A DNA stretch of 64,000 bases from an uncultured bacterium. Lineage in GTDB: Bacteria > Krumholzibacteriota > Krumholzibacteriia > Krumholzibacteriales > Krumholzibacteriaceae. Below are positions 17,274-26,970 of the stretch, in pieces (positions within the stretch are counted from its first letter, which is position 1; each line of letters starts with the position of its first letter). The stretch spans positions 288,001 to 352,000 of the forward strand of contig CAWBAN010000001.1 of the NCBI GenBank assembly GCA_963786935.1, in the 5' to 3' direction. The position numbers were made by a program, and so were the translations under genes. The notes beneath the pieces are model-generated. The model worked only from the letters and a program-made list of their open reading frames with translations, did no database searches and was not told where the DNA came from.

Positions 17274-18950
17274 TCACGCCCCCCCGGTGATGGAGCGCTC
17301 CGCGAGCCGCACCGTTTCCTCCGTATGGGCGATCGTTTCGGCGCGGAGACGCTTCGCCGTCTCCAGCGTTTCGCTCCGGAAACGTTCGTCGGCGATGCCG
17401 GGGAGGTTGATCGCCACGTTGAGGTACGCCCCCTCGGCGGCGGTCCGCGCCGCGAGGGCGGCGACCCCGCCGTCGCTGATCGAGTTCTTGTTTCCGCGCT
17501 CGACGACGGTCCGCGCGATATGGGCCGCCTCGAGCGCGCGATCGAGAACGCCGAGGGGGACGAGGGTGGCCCCCTCCGTCGCTTCCTGGATCGCGGTCTC
17601 GCGGGCCTTCCGCTCCTCGTCCGTTCCCTTCGGGAGGCGCATGGCCTCCATGACCTTGTTGAACGCGTCCGTGTCGCGGTCGACGTCGGCGAGGAACGCG
17701 ACCTTCAGCTCCTGGGCCCGGACGCCGGCGCGCTCCATCTCATCATTCGCGGATTCGTATCCCTTCTTGCCGTGGGTGAGCGCGGCTACCATCGAGGAGA
17801 GCGCTCCGCTCATCGCCCCGCAGAGCGCCGCCACACTCCCGCCCCCCGGCGCCGGCGCGTCCGTCGAGAGGACGTCCGTGAACTCGCTCACCTTCATTCC
17901 GGCGAGGGGACCCTCGGTTCTGAACTGGTACTCGATGATCTTCTTTCCGGGCTCGAAGGGGTAGAGATCGCCCATTCCCATCGAGAGGGCCGCGATGTGG
18001 ATGAGCTCCGCCTCGGGGACGCCCGCGGTCTTCTTCTGCTTGGCGAGGTAATGACGGCCCGCCTGCAGCATCGCCTCGAGCGGAATGAGGCCGACGAGCT
18101 CGCTCCCCGTGACGCGCGCCCCGTGGCGCTCGGCGAGCTTCACGCACTCGTCGAACACGACGTGCGGGGGAGTGAGCCGATAGTTGACGAGATTCATCGA
18201 GATCTGGGCCCGGCCGAAATTCTCCATGTACCAGCCGACCGCCTTGCAGGCCTTGAATTTTCCCGGCGAGAAGATCGTTTCGCCGCAGTCGTCCTTCAGG
18301 ACGACGCCCTTCGCGTCCCGCTTCGCGCGCCCCTTCTCCCTGATGTCGAAGGCGATCTCGCGCGCGATCCGCACGTCGCGCGTGTTGAGGTTGATGTTGT
18401 AGGCGATGAGGAACTCGCGCGCGCCGATGACCGTGGCGCCGCTCTTCGGGTTGAACACCGCGGGGCCGAAATCCGGTTTCCACGCCGGATCCTTGAGCTT
18501 CTCGGCGAGCCCCTCGTACTCTCCCTGCCGGACGTCGGCGAGGTTGCGCCGCTCGGGGCGCGAGGCGGCCTCCTCGTAGAGGTACACGGGGATGCCGAGA
18601 TCCGCGGCCACGCGGGCGCCGAGGGAGCGGGCGAGCGCCGCGCAGTCCTCCATCGAAACGCCGGAAACCGGCACAAAGGGGCAGACGTCGGTCGCGCCGA
18701 GCCGGGCGTGCGCCCCGGCGTGCGTCCGCATGTCGATGATCTCCGTCGCCTTCGCGATCGCCCTGAACGCGGCCTCGAGCGCCGCCTCGGGGGCGCCGAT
18801 GAACGTCACGACGGTCCGGTTCGTGTCCTTGCCCGGATCGACGTCCAGGAGCTTGACCCCCTCGGTCGCGCGGATCTCGCTCGCGATCTGCTCGATCTTC
18901 GCCGCGTCGCGTCCCTCGCTGAAGTTGGGGACGCATTCCACCAGTTTCAT
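17274..18950 (-). CDS. ftcD: Bifunctional glutamate formiminotransferase / formiminotetrahydrofolate cyclodeaminase
   Basis: LVECVPNFSEGRD, HARLGATDVCPFVP, GAREFLIAYNINL, PAPGGGSVAAL. Confidence 0.93.
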   Translation of the reverse strand: MKLVECVPNFSEGRDAAKIEQIASEIRATEGVKLLDVDPGKDTNRTVVTFIGAPEAALEAAFRAIAKATEIIDMRTHAGAHARLGATDVCPFVPVSGVSMEDCAALARSLGARVAADLGIPVYLYEEAASRPERRNLADVRQGEYEGLAEKLKDPAWKPDFGPAVFNPKSGATVIGAREFLIAYNINLNTRDVRIAREIAFDIREKGRAKRDAKGVVLKDDCGETIFSPGKFKACKAVGWYMENFGRAQISMNLVNYRLTPPHVVFDECVKLAERHGARVTGSELVGLIPLEAMLQAGRHYLAKQKKTAGVPEAELIHIAALSMGMGDLYPFEPGKKIIEYQFRTEGPLAGMKVSEFTDVLSTDAPAPGGGSVAALCGAMSGALSSMVAALTHGKKGYESANDEMERAGVRAQELKVAFLADVDRDTDAFNKVMEAMRLPKGTDEERKARETAIQEATEGATLVPLGVLDRALEAAHIARTVVERGNKNSISDGGVAALAARTAAEGAYLNVAINLPGIADERFRSETLETAKRLRAETIAHTEETVRLAERSITGGA

Positions 18951-19131
18951 TCGGTGCACCGCCTTGCCCGTTCGAAGCCTCGTTCTTGCATTATCCGCAG
19001 CGTCTGTGGTACGTTGACGCCCGCCGGGGCGATCCTGAGCGACCGGACGATCCGGCGCGCTCTTCGAAGGATACCCAATATCTCACGGGACGGTCAAGGG
19101 GGAGTGTGCGCGCGGGAGCGAGGCGGTTCTC

Positions 19132-19905
19132 ATGATATTTCACGCGAGCGTCATGCTCGACCAGCTCGTGGAAAAGCTCGATTCGGTCGCGCGGGCCGGG
19201 TTCCATCCCGAAGTGCGGATGAGAGACGCGCGGCATCTCATGGAGCTTGCCGACGCCGATGTCGCGCGGATGGGGAAGCTCCTCGCCGAGCGCTCGCTCG
19301 CGACCTTCACGCACGGCCCGTTCCTCGGGCTCGATATCGCGAGCCTCGACGCTCATATCGCCGAATACAGCGCCGCGTGCCTCGCGCGCGGACTCGAGGT
19401 GACCGCGGGGCTCGGCGGCCCCGTGATGGTCATTCACACGAACTACTCTCCGCGCTTCTCGCGCGCGGGCCTGCGCGAGTGGCTCGGGAACTGGAGCGAG
19501 CGCATGGGCCCGATTCTCGAGAAGGCGCGCGGGCTCGGCGTGCGCGTCGCCCTCGAGAACGTGTGGGAGGAGCGTCCGGAAACGCTCGCCCGTCTCATCG
19601 GGGTCCTTCCGGGCCGCGACGCGATGGTGTGCCTCGACACGGGGCACATCGCGGCGTTCTCGCGGCTTCCCGCGGCTCGATGGTGGGAGCTCCTCGGCGA
19701 GCGCGTGATCGCGCTTCACCTGCACGACAACGACGGGCTCTCCGACGATCATCTCCCTCCCGGGGACGGGATCTTCGATTTCCCGTCGCTCGTGGGGATT
19801 CTGCGGAGGCGGGAGGCGCTTCCGCTCATGACCTTCGAAACGGACGTCGCCGGGGCGATCGAGGGCAGGGCGTATCTCGACGGGCTCTTTTCGGAGGGAA
19901 CGTGA
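19132..19905 (+). CDS. Sugar-phosphate isomerase/epimerase (AP-endonuclease-2 TIM barrel) family protein
   Basis: THGPFLGL, ALENV, CLDTGH, HLHDNDGLSDDHLPPGDG. Confidence 0.85.
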   Translation: MIFHASVMLDQLVEKLDSVARAGFHPEVRMRDARHLMELADADVARMGKLLAERSLATFTHGPFLGLDIASLDAHIAEYSAACLARGLEVTAGLGGPVMVIHTNYSPRFSRAGLREWLGNWSERMGPILEKARGLGVRVALENVWEERPETLARLIGVLPGRDAMVCLDTGHIAAFSRLPAARWWELLGERVIALHLHDNDGLSDDHLPPGDGIFDFPSLVGILRRREALPLMTFETDVAGAIEGRAYLDGLFSEGT

Positions 19906-19927
19906 AATCCGCCGGCGAGGAGTGGTG

Positions 19928-21067
19928 ATGGAAACGCTTCGTCTGCTGCACACGTCGGACGTTCATATCGGCGCGCCGTTCGCGTTCCTCGGAGGGAAGG
20001 GGAGCGAGCAGCGCGCCGCCCTGCGCGAGGCGTTCGCCGGAATCGCCCGCATCGCGCAAGACGAGAAATACGACGTGCTCCTCGTCGCGGGGGATCTCTT
20101 CGACGCCGCGTTCGAGACGAGCGAGGCGGACGTCTCGCACGTCCTCGGCTGCCTCCGCGCCGCCGCCGCCTCGTGCCGCGTCGTCATCCTGCCGGGCGGC
20201 CACGACCGGTACGCGCCCGGATCGGTGTTCGAGCGGGAGCGAAAGCGGTTCGAGACGATCGCCAACGTGCGGATCTTCGTCCCGGGGCGCGAGGTGATCG
20301 ACTTTCCGGAGCTCTCCCTCGCCGTGCACGGGCGCTCGCTCGTCTCGAACGTGCCGGCCGCGGACACCTTCGCGGGGCTCGCGCCGATCGCCGGCCGCCG
20401 GTGGAACGTCTGCGCGGCGCACTGCTCGGTCGAGGGATTCGCCGCGGATCTCGACGCGGGGGAGATGCCGGCGCGGCTGGGCGATCTCGCGGCCGGATTC
20501 GACTACACGGCGCTCGGGCACTGGCACTCCTACAGGGTGCTGCGGGACGCGCCCCCCGTGCTCTACTGCGGCGCCCCCGAGATCGTCGCGCGGGACCAGC
20601 AGGGGGCGGGCTTCGCCGTGTCGGTCACGCTCGCCGGCGGCTCCGCGTCGTTCGAGCGTCGGCGAATCGGCAAGCGGCGCATCGAGCGCCGCGCCGTCGA
20701 CTGTACGGGGCTCGGCTCGACCGACGAGCTCGTCGAGCGCGCGCTCCGCGAGATTCCGCCCGACGGCGATCTGATTCTCGATCTCTCGCTCGGGGGGCTC
20801 GTGCGGATCGGCTCGGCGCTCGATCCGGCGCAGTGCGCCGCGGAGCTCGAACGGCATTACTTCTCCGTGCGGCTCTCGGGGAACGGCCCCTCGCGGGAGA
20901 TATCGCGGGAGGAGCTCCTCGCCGTGCCCGCCGACACGGTCGCCGGGGCGTTCGTGCGCGGCATGATGAAACGGATCGAGGGGGCAGAAGGGGACGCGAA
21001 GGAGCTTTCCGAGGAAGCGCTTCAGATGGGCTATCAGCTGTTCAAGGGCAGGGATCCGATCGGGTGA
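19928..21067 (+). CDS. SbcD/Mre11-like (YhaO-type) DNA repair metallophosphoesterase
   Basis: LLHTSDVHIG, AGDLFD, PGGHD, DYTALGHWH, YCGAPE. Confidence 0.85.
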   Translation: METLRLLHTSDVHIGAPFAFLGGKGSEQRAALREAFAGIARIAQDEKYDVLLVAGDLFDAAFETSEADVSHVLGCLRAAAASCRVVILPGGHDRYAPGSVFERERKRFETIANVRIFVPGREVIDFPELSLAVHGRSLVSNVPAADTFAGLAPIAGRRWNVCAAHCSVEGFAADLDAGEMPARLGDLAAGFDYTALGHWHSYRVLRDAPPVLYCGAPEIVARDQQGAGFAVSVTLAGGSASFERRRIGKRRIERRAVDCTGLGSTDELVERALREIPPDGDLILDLSLGGLVRIGSALDPAQCAAELERHYFSVRLSGNGPSREISREELLAVPADTVAGAFVRGMMKRIEGAEGDAKELSEEALQMGYQLFKGRDPIG

Positions 21068-21106
21068 GCTCGTCCGGGGCGGCATCGGACGAGGAGGAGA
21101 TCGAAC

Positions 21107-23212
21107 GTGCGGATCGACCGCGTCGCTCTCGATAATTTCCTCGCTTTCAAGGCGGTCTCGGCCGAGCTCGCTCCGGGGCTCAGCGTGGTTCTGTCCCCGA
21201 ACGAGGGGGGAAAGTCGAGCCTCTTCCGTGGGATCGCGACCGGGCTCTACGCGAGCGCCGCGACGAAGAGCGCCGATATCCTCGCGCTCGCGCGGTGGGG
21301 AAGTGCGGCGCGGTTCAGGATCGAAATCGATTTCACGCTGACGGACGGATCGTACCGCCTCGTCCGCGATTTCGGCTCGAGGGAGCAGATGATCGCCCGC
21401 GCCGGGGAGAGCCTCCCGCTCGCCAAGGGGAAGGCCGTCGACGAGTTTCTCGGCGAGCGCCTTCCGATCGCCGACGAGAACCTGTTTCTCCGCGTCTGCG
21501 GCGTCCGCCACGAGGAGCTCGCCCTCGTCGGGGACGGGAGCCCGGGCATCGGCGAAGCGATCGAGGAGATCCTCGGCGGCGGATGGGGGAGCGCCACGCC
21601 GGCGCGGGTCCAGCGCATGGTCGAGGAAAAAAAGAAGGAGCTCATCAAGGGACGGGACCGGCCGGTCAACGAGGCGAACCGCGGCCCCATCAAACGATTC
21701 AGGGACGAGGTCGACCGGCTCGAGCGGGATGGTTCCCGCGCCGCGGCCGTCGCGCTCACCCGCGAACGGCTCCTCGCGAGCCTCTCCGGTATCGACGCGC
21801 AGTCGAGCCGCCTCGACGCCGACATCGAGCTCGCGCGCCAGAGGCGGGACCGGGCTTCGAAGCACCGGGATCTCGAGAGAGACGAGAAGGCGGCGGGGGA
21901 GAAGGCGGACGACCTGCGCAAGCGCCGGGACCGCCTCGGAGAGCTCCTCTCGATGAAGCGCTCGCTCGCCGCGGAATCGGCGCGCTTCCCGGGCGCGCTC
22001 CTGCGCGGGGCCCCGGCGCTCCTCGACGAATTGAGGGCCGATTTCGAGCGCGAGCGCCTCCTCGACCGGGAAACGGCCCAAGCGGCGGCGCGCCCCGGCG
22101 CGTGGTCCCCGCTCTGGCGGCCGGTGCTCGCGGCGGCGCTCGTCGTTGCGGGCGTCGTCGGCGCGGCGCTCGGCGCGCGCGTCATGCTCGCGTGTCTCGC
22201 GGCGGGCGCCCTGCTCGCCGTGTGGCATTTCGCGCGCGGATCGGGGCGCGGCGAGCGGGAACGGCGGGCCGGACTCGGCGGCGAGCGCGAGCGGCTCGCC
22301 GCGAAGCGAATCGCGCTCCTCGGCGAGCGGCCGCTCGAGGATTCGAAGGCGCTCCTCGCCGAGTGCTCGCGATGGAGGGAGCGCTCGGCCGATGTCGAAT
22401 CGAGAATCGAGGAGGCCGCCGGCGGCGCTCGGGCGGATCGGGGGGACCTCGTCGACGCGCTCGACCGCGAGTACGGCGCGGCGGCCGTCGCCCTGCGCGC
22501 CGTCGCCGAAGCACGCGCGGCGCTCGATCCGTTCAAAGCCGACGGTGAGGGTTTGCTGAAGCTCGAGCGCGAGCTGGTGCGGCTCGAAGAAGATCGCGCG
22601 CGCCTCGCCGCCGCCCGCGCGCAGGCCGATCGCGATCTCGCCTCGCTCGAGCGCGTCGACGGGATCGAGATCGTCGAGCGGCTCGCCGTCGCGCGGGAAG
22701 GGCTGCGGCGCGCCGAGCGGAGGGAGCGCGTGCTCGAGACGATTCTCGAAACGCTCGTCGAGGCGCGGCGGAGCGTGGCCGGCCAGCTCGCGGAGCGGCT
22801 CCCGCCGCTCGCCGCGTCGCACCTGTCGCGGATCACCGGCGGCCGCTACGAAACGCTCTTCATCGATCCGCTCACCCTGCGGATCGAGACCGTTCCCGCC
22901 CGCGGGGACGCCGAAGCGGCGCTCGGCGCGCGCCCCGCGCCGGATCGCATCGAGCCCGGCTCGGTCAGCCAGGGGGCCCGCGATCAGATCTATCTCGCCG
23001 TGCGGCTCGCCCTCGTCGAGCTCATGAGCCGCGGAGAGCCGCAGCCGGTCTTCCTCGACGACCCGTTCGTCCACTTCGATCCCGACCGGCGCGCTCGCGC
23101 GCTCGAGCTCGTGCGCGAGTTCGCCGAGAAGCACCAGGTCGTCGTCTTCACGTGCGATCCCCGCTTCCGCGACGGCGGCGTCCGTCTCGTCGAGCTTCCG
23201 GCGAGGGCCTGA
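21107..23212 (+). CDS. SMC/Rad50-like (YhaN-type) ATPase with coiled coils and a central hydrophobic hairpin
   Basis: Walker A PNEGGKSS, signature SQGARDQIYLAVRLA, Walker B FLDDPFVHFD. Confidence 0.85.
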   Translation: MRIDRVALDNFLAFKAVSAELAPGLSVVLSPNEGGKSSLFRGIATGLYASAATKSADILALARWGSAARFRIEIDFTLTDGSYRLVRDFGSREQMIARAGESLPLAKGKAVDEFLGERLPIADENLFLRVCGVRHEELALVGDGSPGIGEAIEEILGGGWGSATPARVQRMVEEKKKELIKGRDRPVNEANRGPIKRFRDEVDRLERDGSRAAAVALTRERLLASLSGIDAQSSRLDADIELARQRRDRASKHRDLERDEKAAGEKADDLRKRRDRLGELLSMKRSLAAESARFPGALLRGAPALLDELRADFERERLLDRETAQAAARPGAWSPLWRPVLAAALVVAGVVGAALGARVMLACLAAGALLAVWHFARGSGRGERERRAGLGGERERLAAKRIALLGERPLEDSKALLAECSRWRERSADVESRIEEAAGGARADRGDLVDALDREYGAAAVALRAVAEARAALDPFKADGEGLLKLERELVRLEEDRARLAAARAQADRDLASLERVDGIEIVERLAVAREGLRRAERRERVLETILETLVEARRSVAGQLAERLPPLAASHLSRITGGRYETLFIDPLTLRIETVPARGDAEAALGARPAPDRIEPGSVSQGARDQIYLAVRLALVELMSRGEPQPVFLDDPFVHFDPDRRARALELVREFAEKHQVVVFTCDPRFRDGGVRLVELPARA

Positions 23213-23299
23213 ATTCTCTTGTCAAGCCGTCCGCGCCGGCGTACCGTTTCGATATCAATCGGCAGGAGAATTACGGGAGCTTTCAGCCGGGAGGACGGT

Positions 23300-23560
23300 A
23301 TGAAAGAGATCGAGGTGGGCGTCGTCCAGGACTATTTCGCGAAGATCGGCGTCGCGGCTCTCGGAATTGCCGCCCACGGGATCAAGGTCGGCGACGAGGT
23401 TCATTTCAAGGGGCACACGACCGATTTCAGCCAGATCATCGATTCCCTCCAGATCGAGCACGCGCAGGTGAACGAGGCCGGCGCCGGCGTTTCGGTGGGA
23501 ACGAGGGTGAAGGACCGCGTCAGGGCGGGGGACAAGATCTTCAAGGTCGTCGAGGATTGA
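23300..23560 (+). CDS. Small translation elongation factor-like (EF-Tu domain II-like beta-barrel) protein
   Basis: GGAGG RBS; VGVVQDYFAKIGVA...IKVGD...KGHTTDF...SLQIEH...VRAGDKIFKV. Confidence 0.8.
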   Translation: MKEIEVGVVQDYFAKIGVAALGIAAHGIKVGDEVHFKGHTTDFSQIIDSLQIEHAQVNEAGAGVSVGTRVKDRVRAGDKIFKVVED

Positions 23561-23584
23561 CGCGATTCGCCGAGGGCGCGATGG

Positions 23585-24628
23585 CTACGGGGAATCCGGG
23601 GGCCGGGGGAGCCGAAGCCGCTCCCGAATCGCCGCGACCATCGCCGCGAGCCCCGGCAGCGCGCGCGACTCCCGCACTCCCTCCTCGAGCAGATCGATTC
23701 CGCTCGGGATCGAATCGAGAAAGCGGGGCTTGCCCATGCGCGTGCCGAGCTTGACGAACGCGGCGAGCGCCTGCAGGTTCCGCTGAACTCCCGCCAGCGT
23801 GAACGCTTCGTAGAACTCCGGAAATCGCCGCTCTTCCGGCGCGCCGCGCGCGCGGAGCTTCGCGTGCAGCTCCTCGAGGAGGCGCCGCCGCTCCGGGGCG
23901 CCGACGGGGTGGTAGGCGTCCTTGAGGAGCGAGGCCGCGTCGTACAGCCCCGGACCGCGGTGCGCGGTCTGGAAGTCGACGATTCTGAGGCGCCCTTCCT
24001 TCAGCATGATGTTCCTGCTCTGGAAATCGCGGTGCATGAACACGCGCCGCTCGCGGGCGAGCGCCGAGGCGAGAAACCTCCGCTCGCGTTCCCACGACGC
24101 CGGCGCGGCGACCGGACAGTAACCCTCGACGAACTCGCGCATGAAGTACTCCGTCTCGCCGAGGAGCGTTCGCTCGTCGAACACGCGATCGCCGGGGAGC
24201 CCCTCGCGGTCGAGCGCGGCGGTGACCGCCGTCTCGAGCTCGACGAGGATGTCGATCGCCCGGGAGTACAGGTCGTGGATTTCCGCCGGGGAAGCCGTCC
24301 GGAGCGCGTCCTCGAGGTGGACGTCGCCGAGATCCTCCATGAGGACGATGCCCCGCTCCCCATCGGCCGCGTAGATCTCCGGCGCGCCGACGCCGCGGCT
24401 CGCGAGGAGACGGGCGATGCCGGCGTACTGATCGATCTCGGCCCCGCCGCCGCCGTCGAAGAGCACGACGGCGGTCCGGGAGCCGCACGCGAGCCTGAAG
24501 AACTCCCGGGCCGATCCCCCGTGCGCGATCGGCGAGAGCGTCGCCTCGCCGGAAAATCCCTCGAGGCGCTCCCGCCGCGCGAGCGCGAGCACTTCCTCGA
24601 GAAGAGGATGCGAGGTCTTGCCGTTCAT
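23585..24628 (-). CDS. amgK: Anomeric MurNAc/GlcNAc kinase (aminoglycoside phosphotransferase fold)
   Basis: GGSAREFFRL, MEDLGD, HRDFQSRNIM, DFQTA, YDAASLLKD, QRNLQAL; overlaps murU. Confidence 0.8.
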   Translation of the reverse strand: MNGKTSHPLLEEVLALARRERLEGFSGEATLSPIAHGGSAREFFRLACGSRTAVVLFDGGGGAEIDQYAGIARLLASRGVGAPEIYAADGERGIVLMEDLGDVHLEDALRTASPAEIHDLYSRAIDILVELETAVTAALDREGLPGDRVFDERTLLGETEYFMREFVEGYCPVAAPASWERERRFLASALARERRVFMHRDFQSRNIMLKEGRLRIVDFQTAHRGPGLYDAASLLKDAYHPVGAPERRRLLEELHAKLRARGAPEERRFPEFYEAFTLAGVQRNLQALAAFVKLGTRMGKPRFLDSIPSGIDLLEEGVRESRALPGLAAMVAAIRERLRLPRPPDSP

Positions 24629-25602
24629 CGCCGAGGGCCCTCCTCCGCCGCGAGCGCCCCGCCGGGGAACAGGATCTCGTTCGCGTGGGCGGCACCGCCC
24701 GCGACCGTCGTGTCGTCGAACACGACGACGTTCTCGATCCGCGCGCCGGGTCCCACGACGGCGCGCCGGCCGACGGCGCAGAATCCGGCGCAGCGCGCCG
24801 ATGGATCGACGGCCGCGCCGGCGCCGATATGGACGGGGCCGGCGGGCAATTCCATGTCGGGATCGAAGCGGACGCGATCGATGAGCATCGACCGGTGTAT
24901 GCCGAGATATCCGGCCGGAGAGCCCGCGTCCCCCCACGCGTACGCGGCGCCCCGCTCCGCCGCGTTCCAACCGATGACCGAGCCGGGACGCGCGCGCATC
25001 ATCTCCCGGAGAACCGTGACGAGCTGCTCCCGTTTCCCGCGGGGGAAGTGGGGAAGCGCGGCGGGGGAGAGCACGGCGAGCCCCGTGTAGCCGAGGAGCC
25101 TCGCGCCGCCCGCCGAGCCGGCCCCTTCGCCGATCGCGATCACGTCGCCTCCCGTTCCGACCGCGACGTTCGCCCGCGGGCCCGAGGGGACGAGGACGAG
25201 CGTGACGAGCGCGCCGAGCCGCCGGTGGAGCTCGATCGCGGGGCCGTAGGGAATGTCGGACACGATGTCGCCGTTGTGGAGGAGTATGATAGCGGCGCTC
25301 GAAACGGCGCCGCTCATGCCGCCGATACCGCCGCCCGTGCCGAGGAGCGCGATTTCGCGGTGGAGCCGCACCGGCAGCGGGCTGTCCGCGAAGTGACGCT
25401 CGATCTTCCCGGCGAGATGGAAAACGTTGCAGTGAATCTCGGAGGCGCCCTCGCGCATGAGCTTCCGTACGATCAGCTCGATGAGGGGCGTGCCGAGCAC
25501 CGGCAGGAGCGGCTTCGGAATCGTCTCGGTGAGCGGCAGCATGCGCTCGCCGTATCCCGCCGCGAGGATCATTCCGGAGATTGCCGCCCGTTCGCCGTTC
25601 AT
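24625..25602 (-). CDS. murU: MurNAc-1-phosphate uridylyltransferase-like nucleotidyltransferase
   Basis: MILAAGYGERMLPLTETIPKPLLPV, LGTGGG, NGDI; between namZ and amgK. Confidence 0.75.
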   Translation of the reverse strand: MNGERAAISGMILAAGYGERMLPLTETIPKPLLPVLGTPLIELIVRKLMREGASEIHCNVFHLAGKIERHFADSPLPVRLHREIALLGTGGGIGGMSGAVSSAAIILLHNGDIVSDIPYGPAIELHRRLGALVTLVLVPSGPRANVAVGTGGDVIAIGEGAGSAGGARLLGYTGLAVLSPAALPHFPRGKREQLVTVLREMMRARPGSVIGWNAAERGAAYAWGDAGSPAGYLGIHRSMLIDRVRFDPDMELPAGPVHIGAGAAVDPSARCAGFCAVGRRAVVGPGARIENVVVFDDTTVAGGAAHANEILFPGGALAAEEGPRR

Positions 25603-26771
25603 CGCGCTCCGTAGAGGAGGAATCGCTCCCGATCCGCGTGGAATCGCTCCTCGTCGGCGCGCCAGCCGTCGAAGAGGCGGACGAGGTCGTCCCCCGCGTC
25701 GATCGCCTCGCGCAGCGCGGCGCTTCCCGAGATGATGTCGATCGGGGGCCTGCCGTATTCGTACTCGTAGGGCGGGTCGCTCCACCGGAACCGGCCGCGA
25801 TGGAGCCTCGCCGCGGCCGCGAGGATCGCGGCGCCGCAGCGGACGGGCCGGAAGGCGCGCCGGTCCGTCACGTGGATCTGGACGCCGCCGCAGAGCTCGT
25901 TCGCGTGCTTGTCCCATGCCGGCGTGAAATTGAGCGGCCGGAACGCGACGCCGCCGAGCCCGGAGGAGGCGAGCGCCGCGGCGAACGGCCGCGGCTCGAT
26001 CCACGGCGCGCCGACGATCTCGAACGGCTTCGTCGTGCCGCGCCCCTCGGAGAGGTTCGTCCCCTCGAGGAGAACCGTGCCCGGATAGACGAGCGCCGTG
26101 TCGGGCGCCGGCATGTTGGGGGAGGGGAGCACCCACGGCTGGCCGGTTTCGTCGAAGTGCATTCCTCGACTCCACCCGCGCATCCGCACGACGCGCAGGG
26201 AGCACCCGGCGCCTTCACGGGCATTCATCATCGCGAGCGCCTCGCCGATCGTGAGCCCGTGCCGCATCGGGAGCGGGAAGAGCCCGACGAACGACCGGAA
26301 GCGCTCGTCGAGGAGCGCCCCTTCGACCGCGTCCCCGCCGATCGGATTGGGGCGGTCGAGCACGACGACCTCGACCCCGGCCGCCGCGCACGCGCGCGTC
26401 ATGAGGAGCGAGGTCCAGAGGTACGTGTAGGGGCGGGCCCCGACGTCGGGGAGGTCGATCACGACGCAGTCGAGCCCGTCGAGCTCGCCGCGCTCGGGCG
26501 AGCGCCGCGCTCCGTACAGCGAGTGGACGGGAATCCCGGAGGAGGGATCGGTGAAGCCCTCCCATTCGATCATGTTGGCCTGCGTGTCTCCCCGGATCCC
26601 GTGCTGAGGGCCGAAGATCCGTTCGACGCGGACGCCGCATCCGAGGAGCACTTCGAGCGTGGGGGCGAGGGAGCGGGCGACGGAGGCGGGATTCGCGAGA
26701 AGCCCGACGCGTTTCCCCGCGAGGCTCCCGCACGACTCCCCGAGCATACAATCGCAGCCGGTTTCGACCAC
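25599..26771 (-). CDS. namZ: Exo-beta-N-acetylmuramidase NamZ (DUF1343)
   Basis: RVGLLANPAS, FGPQHG, SLYG, LDRPNPIGG, RHGLTIGE, PSPNMP, EGTNLSEGRGT; GTG start inferred. Confidence 0.88.
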   Translation of the reverse strand: MVETGCDCMLGESCGSLAGKRVGLLANPASVARSLAPTLEVLLGCGVRVERIFGPQHGIRGDTQANMIEWEGFTDPSSGIPVHSLYGARRSPERGELDGLDCVVIDLPDVGARPYTYLWTSLLMTRACAAAGVEVVVLDRPNPIGGDAVEGALLDERFRSFVGLFPLPMRHGLTIGEALAMMNAREGAGCSLRVVRMRGWSRGMHFDETGQPWVLPSPNMPAPDTALVYPGTVLLEGTNLSEGRGTTKPFEIVGAPWIEPRPFAAALASSGLGGVAFRPLNFTPAWDKHANELCGGVQIHVTDRRAFRPVRCGAAILAAAARLHRGRFRWSDPPYEYEYGRPPIDIISGSAALREAIDAGDDLVRLFDGWRADEERFHADRERFLLYGAR

Positions 26772-26970
26772 GGCCCTTCGACTCCCTTCTTCGGCGCCGG
26801 CCGTCCGCGCGAGGCCGGCGTCGCATCCCTGACGGTATTTTATGCGCGCGCCCGCCGTCAACGGGATTTCCATTGTTGCACAGCCGGGGCGTTTGGGCAT
26901 ACATTAATAGGTGCGCGCGGAGCGTTCTCCCCGCGCGCGCCGGGGAAACAATTCACACCGAGGGAGCGTG

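Noticed and set aside
16896..23134. Very long antisense or overlapping ORFs (e.g. 16896-19928 +, 19826-23134 -; also 30918-33503 -, 37142-40375 -, 53354-56101 +)
   Set aside because: Arg/Ala/Gly-rich shadow frames of recognisable genes in high-GC DNA; no motifs
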